A stretch of 35,306 nt of DNA from Octopus bimaculoides (Eukaryota), in NCBI RefSeq assembly GCF_001194135.2, contig NC_068986.1:102429484-102464789 (forward strand). The letters run 5' to 3'. Made by a program: the position numbers and the translations under genes. This document shows, piece after piece, positions 35,224 through 35,306 of the stretch. The notes beneath the pieces were generated by a model. It was given only the letters and a program-made list of their open reading frames with translations, did not search any database and was not told where the DNA came from. Position 1 is the first letter of the stretch. Each line of letters starts with the position of its first letter.

Positions 35224-35306
35224 TTCGTACTTAGTTTGTACCTGACTTTGTTTAAATATTTATTTTTACTCGTGTAAATTTGAGTTATTCAAATATTTAC
35301 AATATT

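Overview
AT-rich, repeat-dense animal genomic DNA from a gapped short-read assembly, with nine N runs, most flanked by (TA)n. The SINE families resemble those I recall from octopus, so a cephalopod origin is likely, but this is inference. No host protein-coding gene can be called, and nearly all ORF-track entries are microsatellite or gap artefacts. The window holds decayed mobile DNA: an RTE-type LINE (about 3.05-5.28 kb, minus), several Penelope-like element (PLE) fragments, an R4/Dong-like non-LTR fragment fused to a mariner 3' end, three tRNA-derived SINE families, and tandem repeats. The most notable signals are structural RNA elements in the PLE terminal repeats (pLTRs). There are two foldable minimal type I hammerhead ribozymes, at 29498-29543 (+) and 22442-22478 (-), the latter with a CUGUUGA core variant. 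There are also two inverted-pLTR junctions, and a tandem hammerhead-bearing monomer that resembles a retrozyme.
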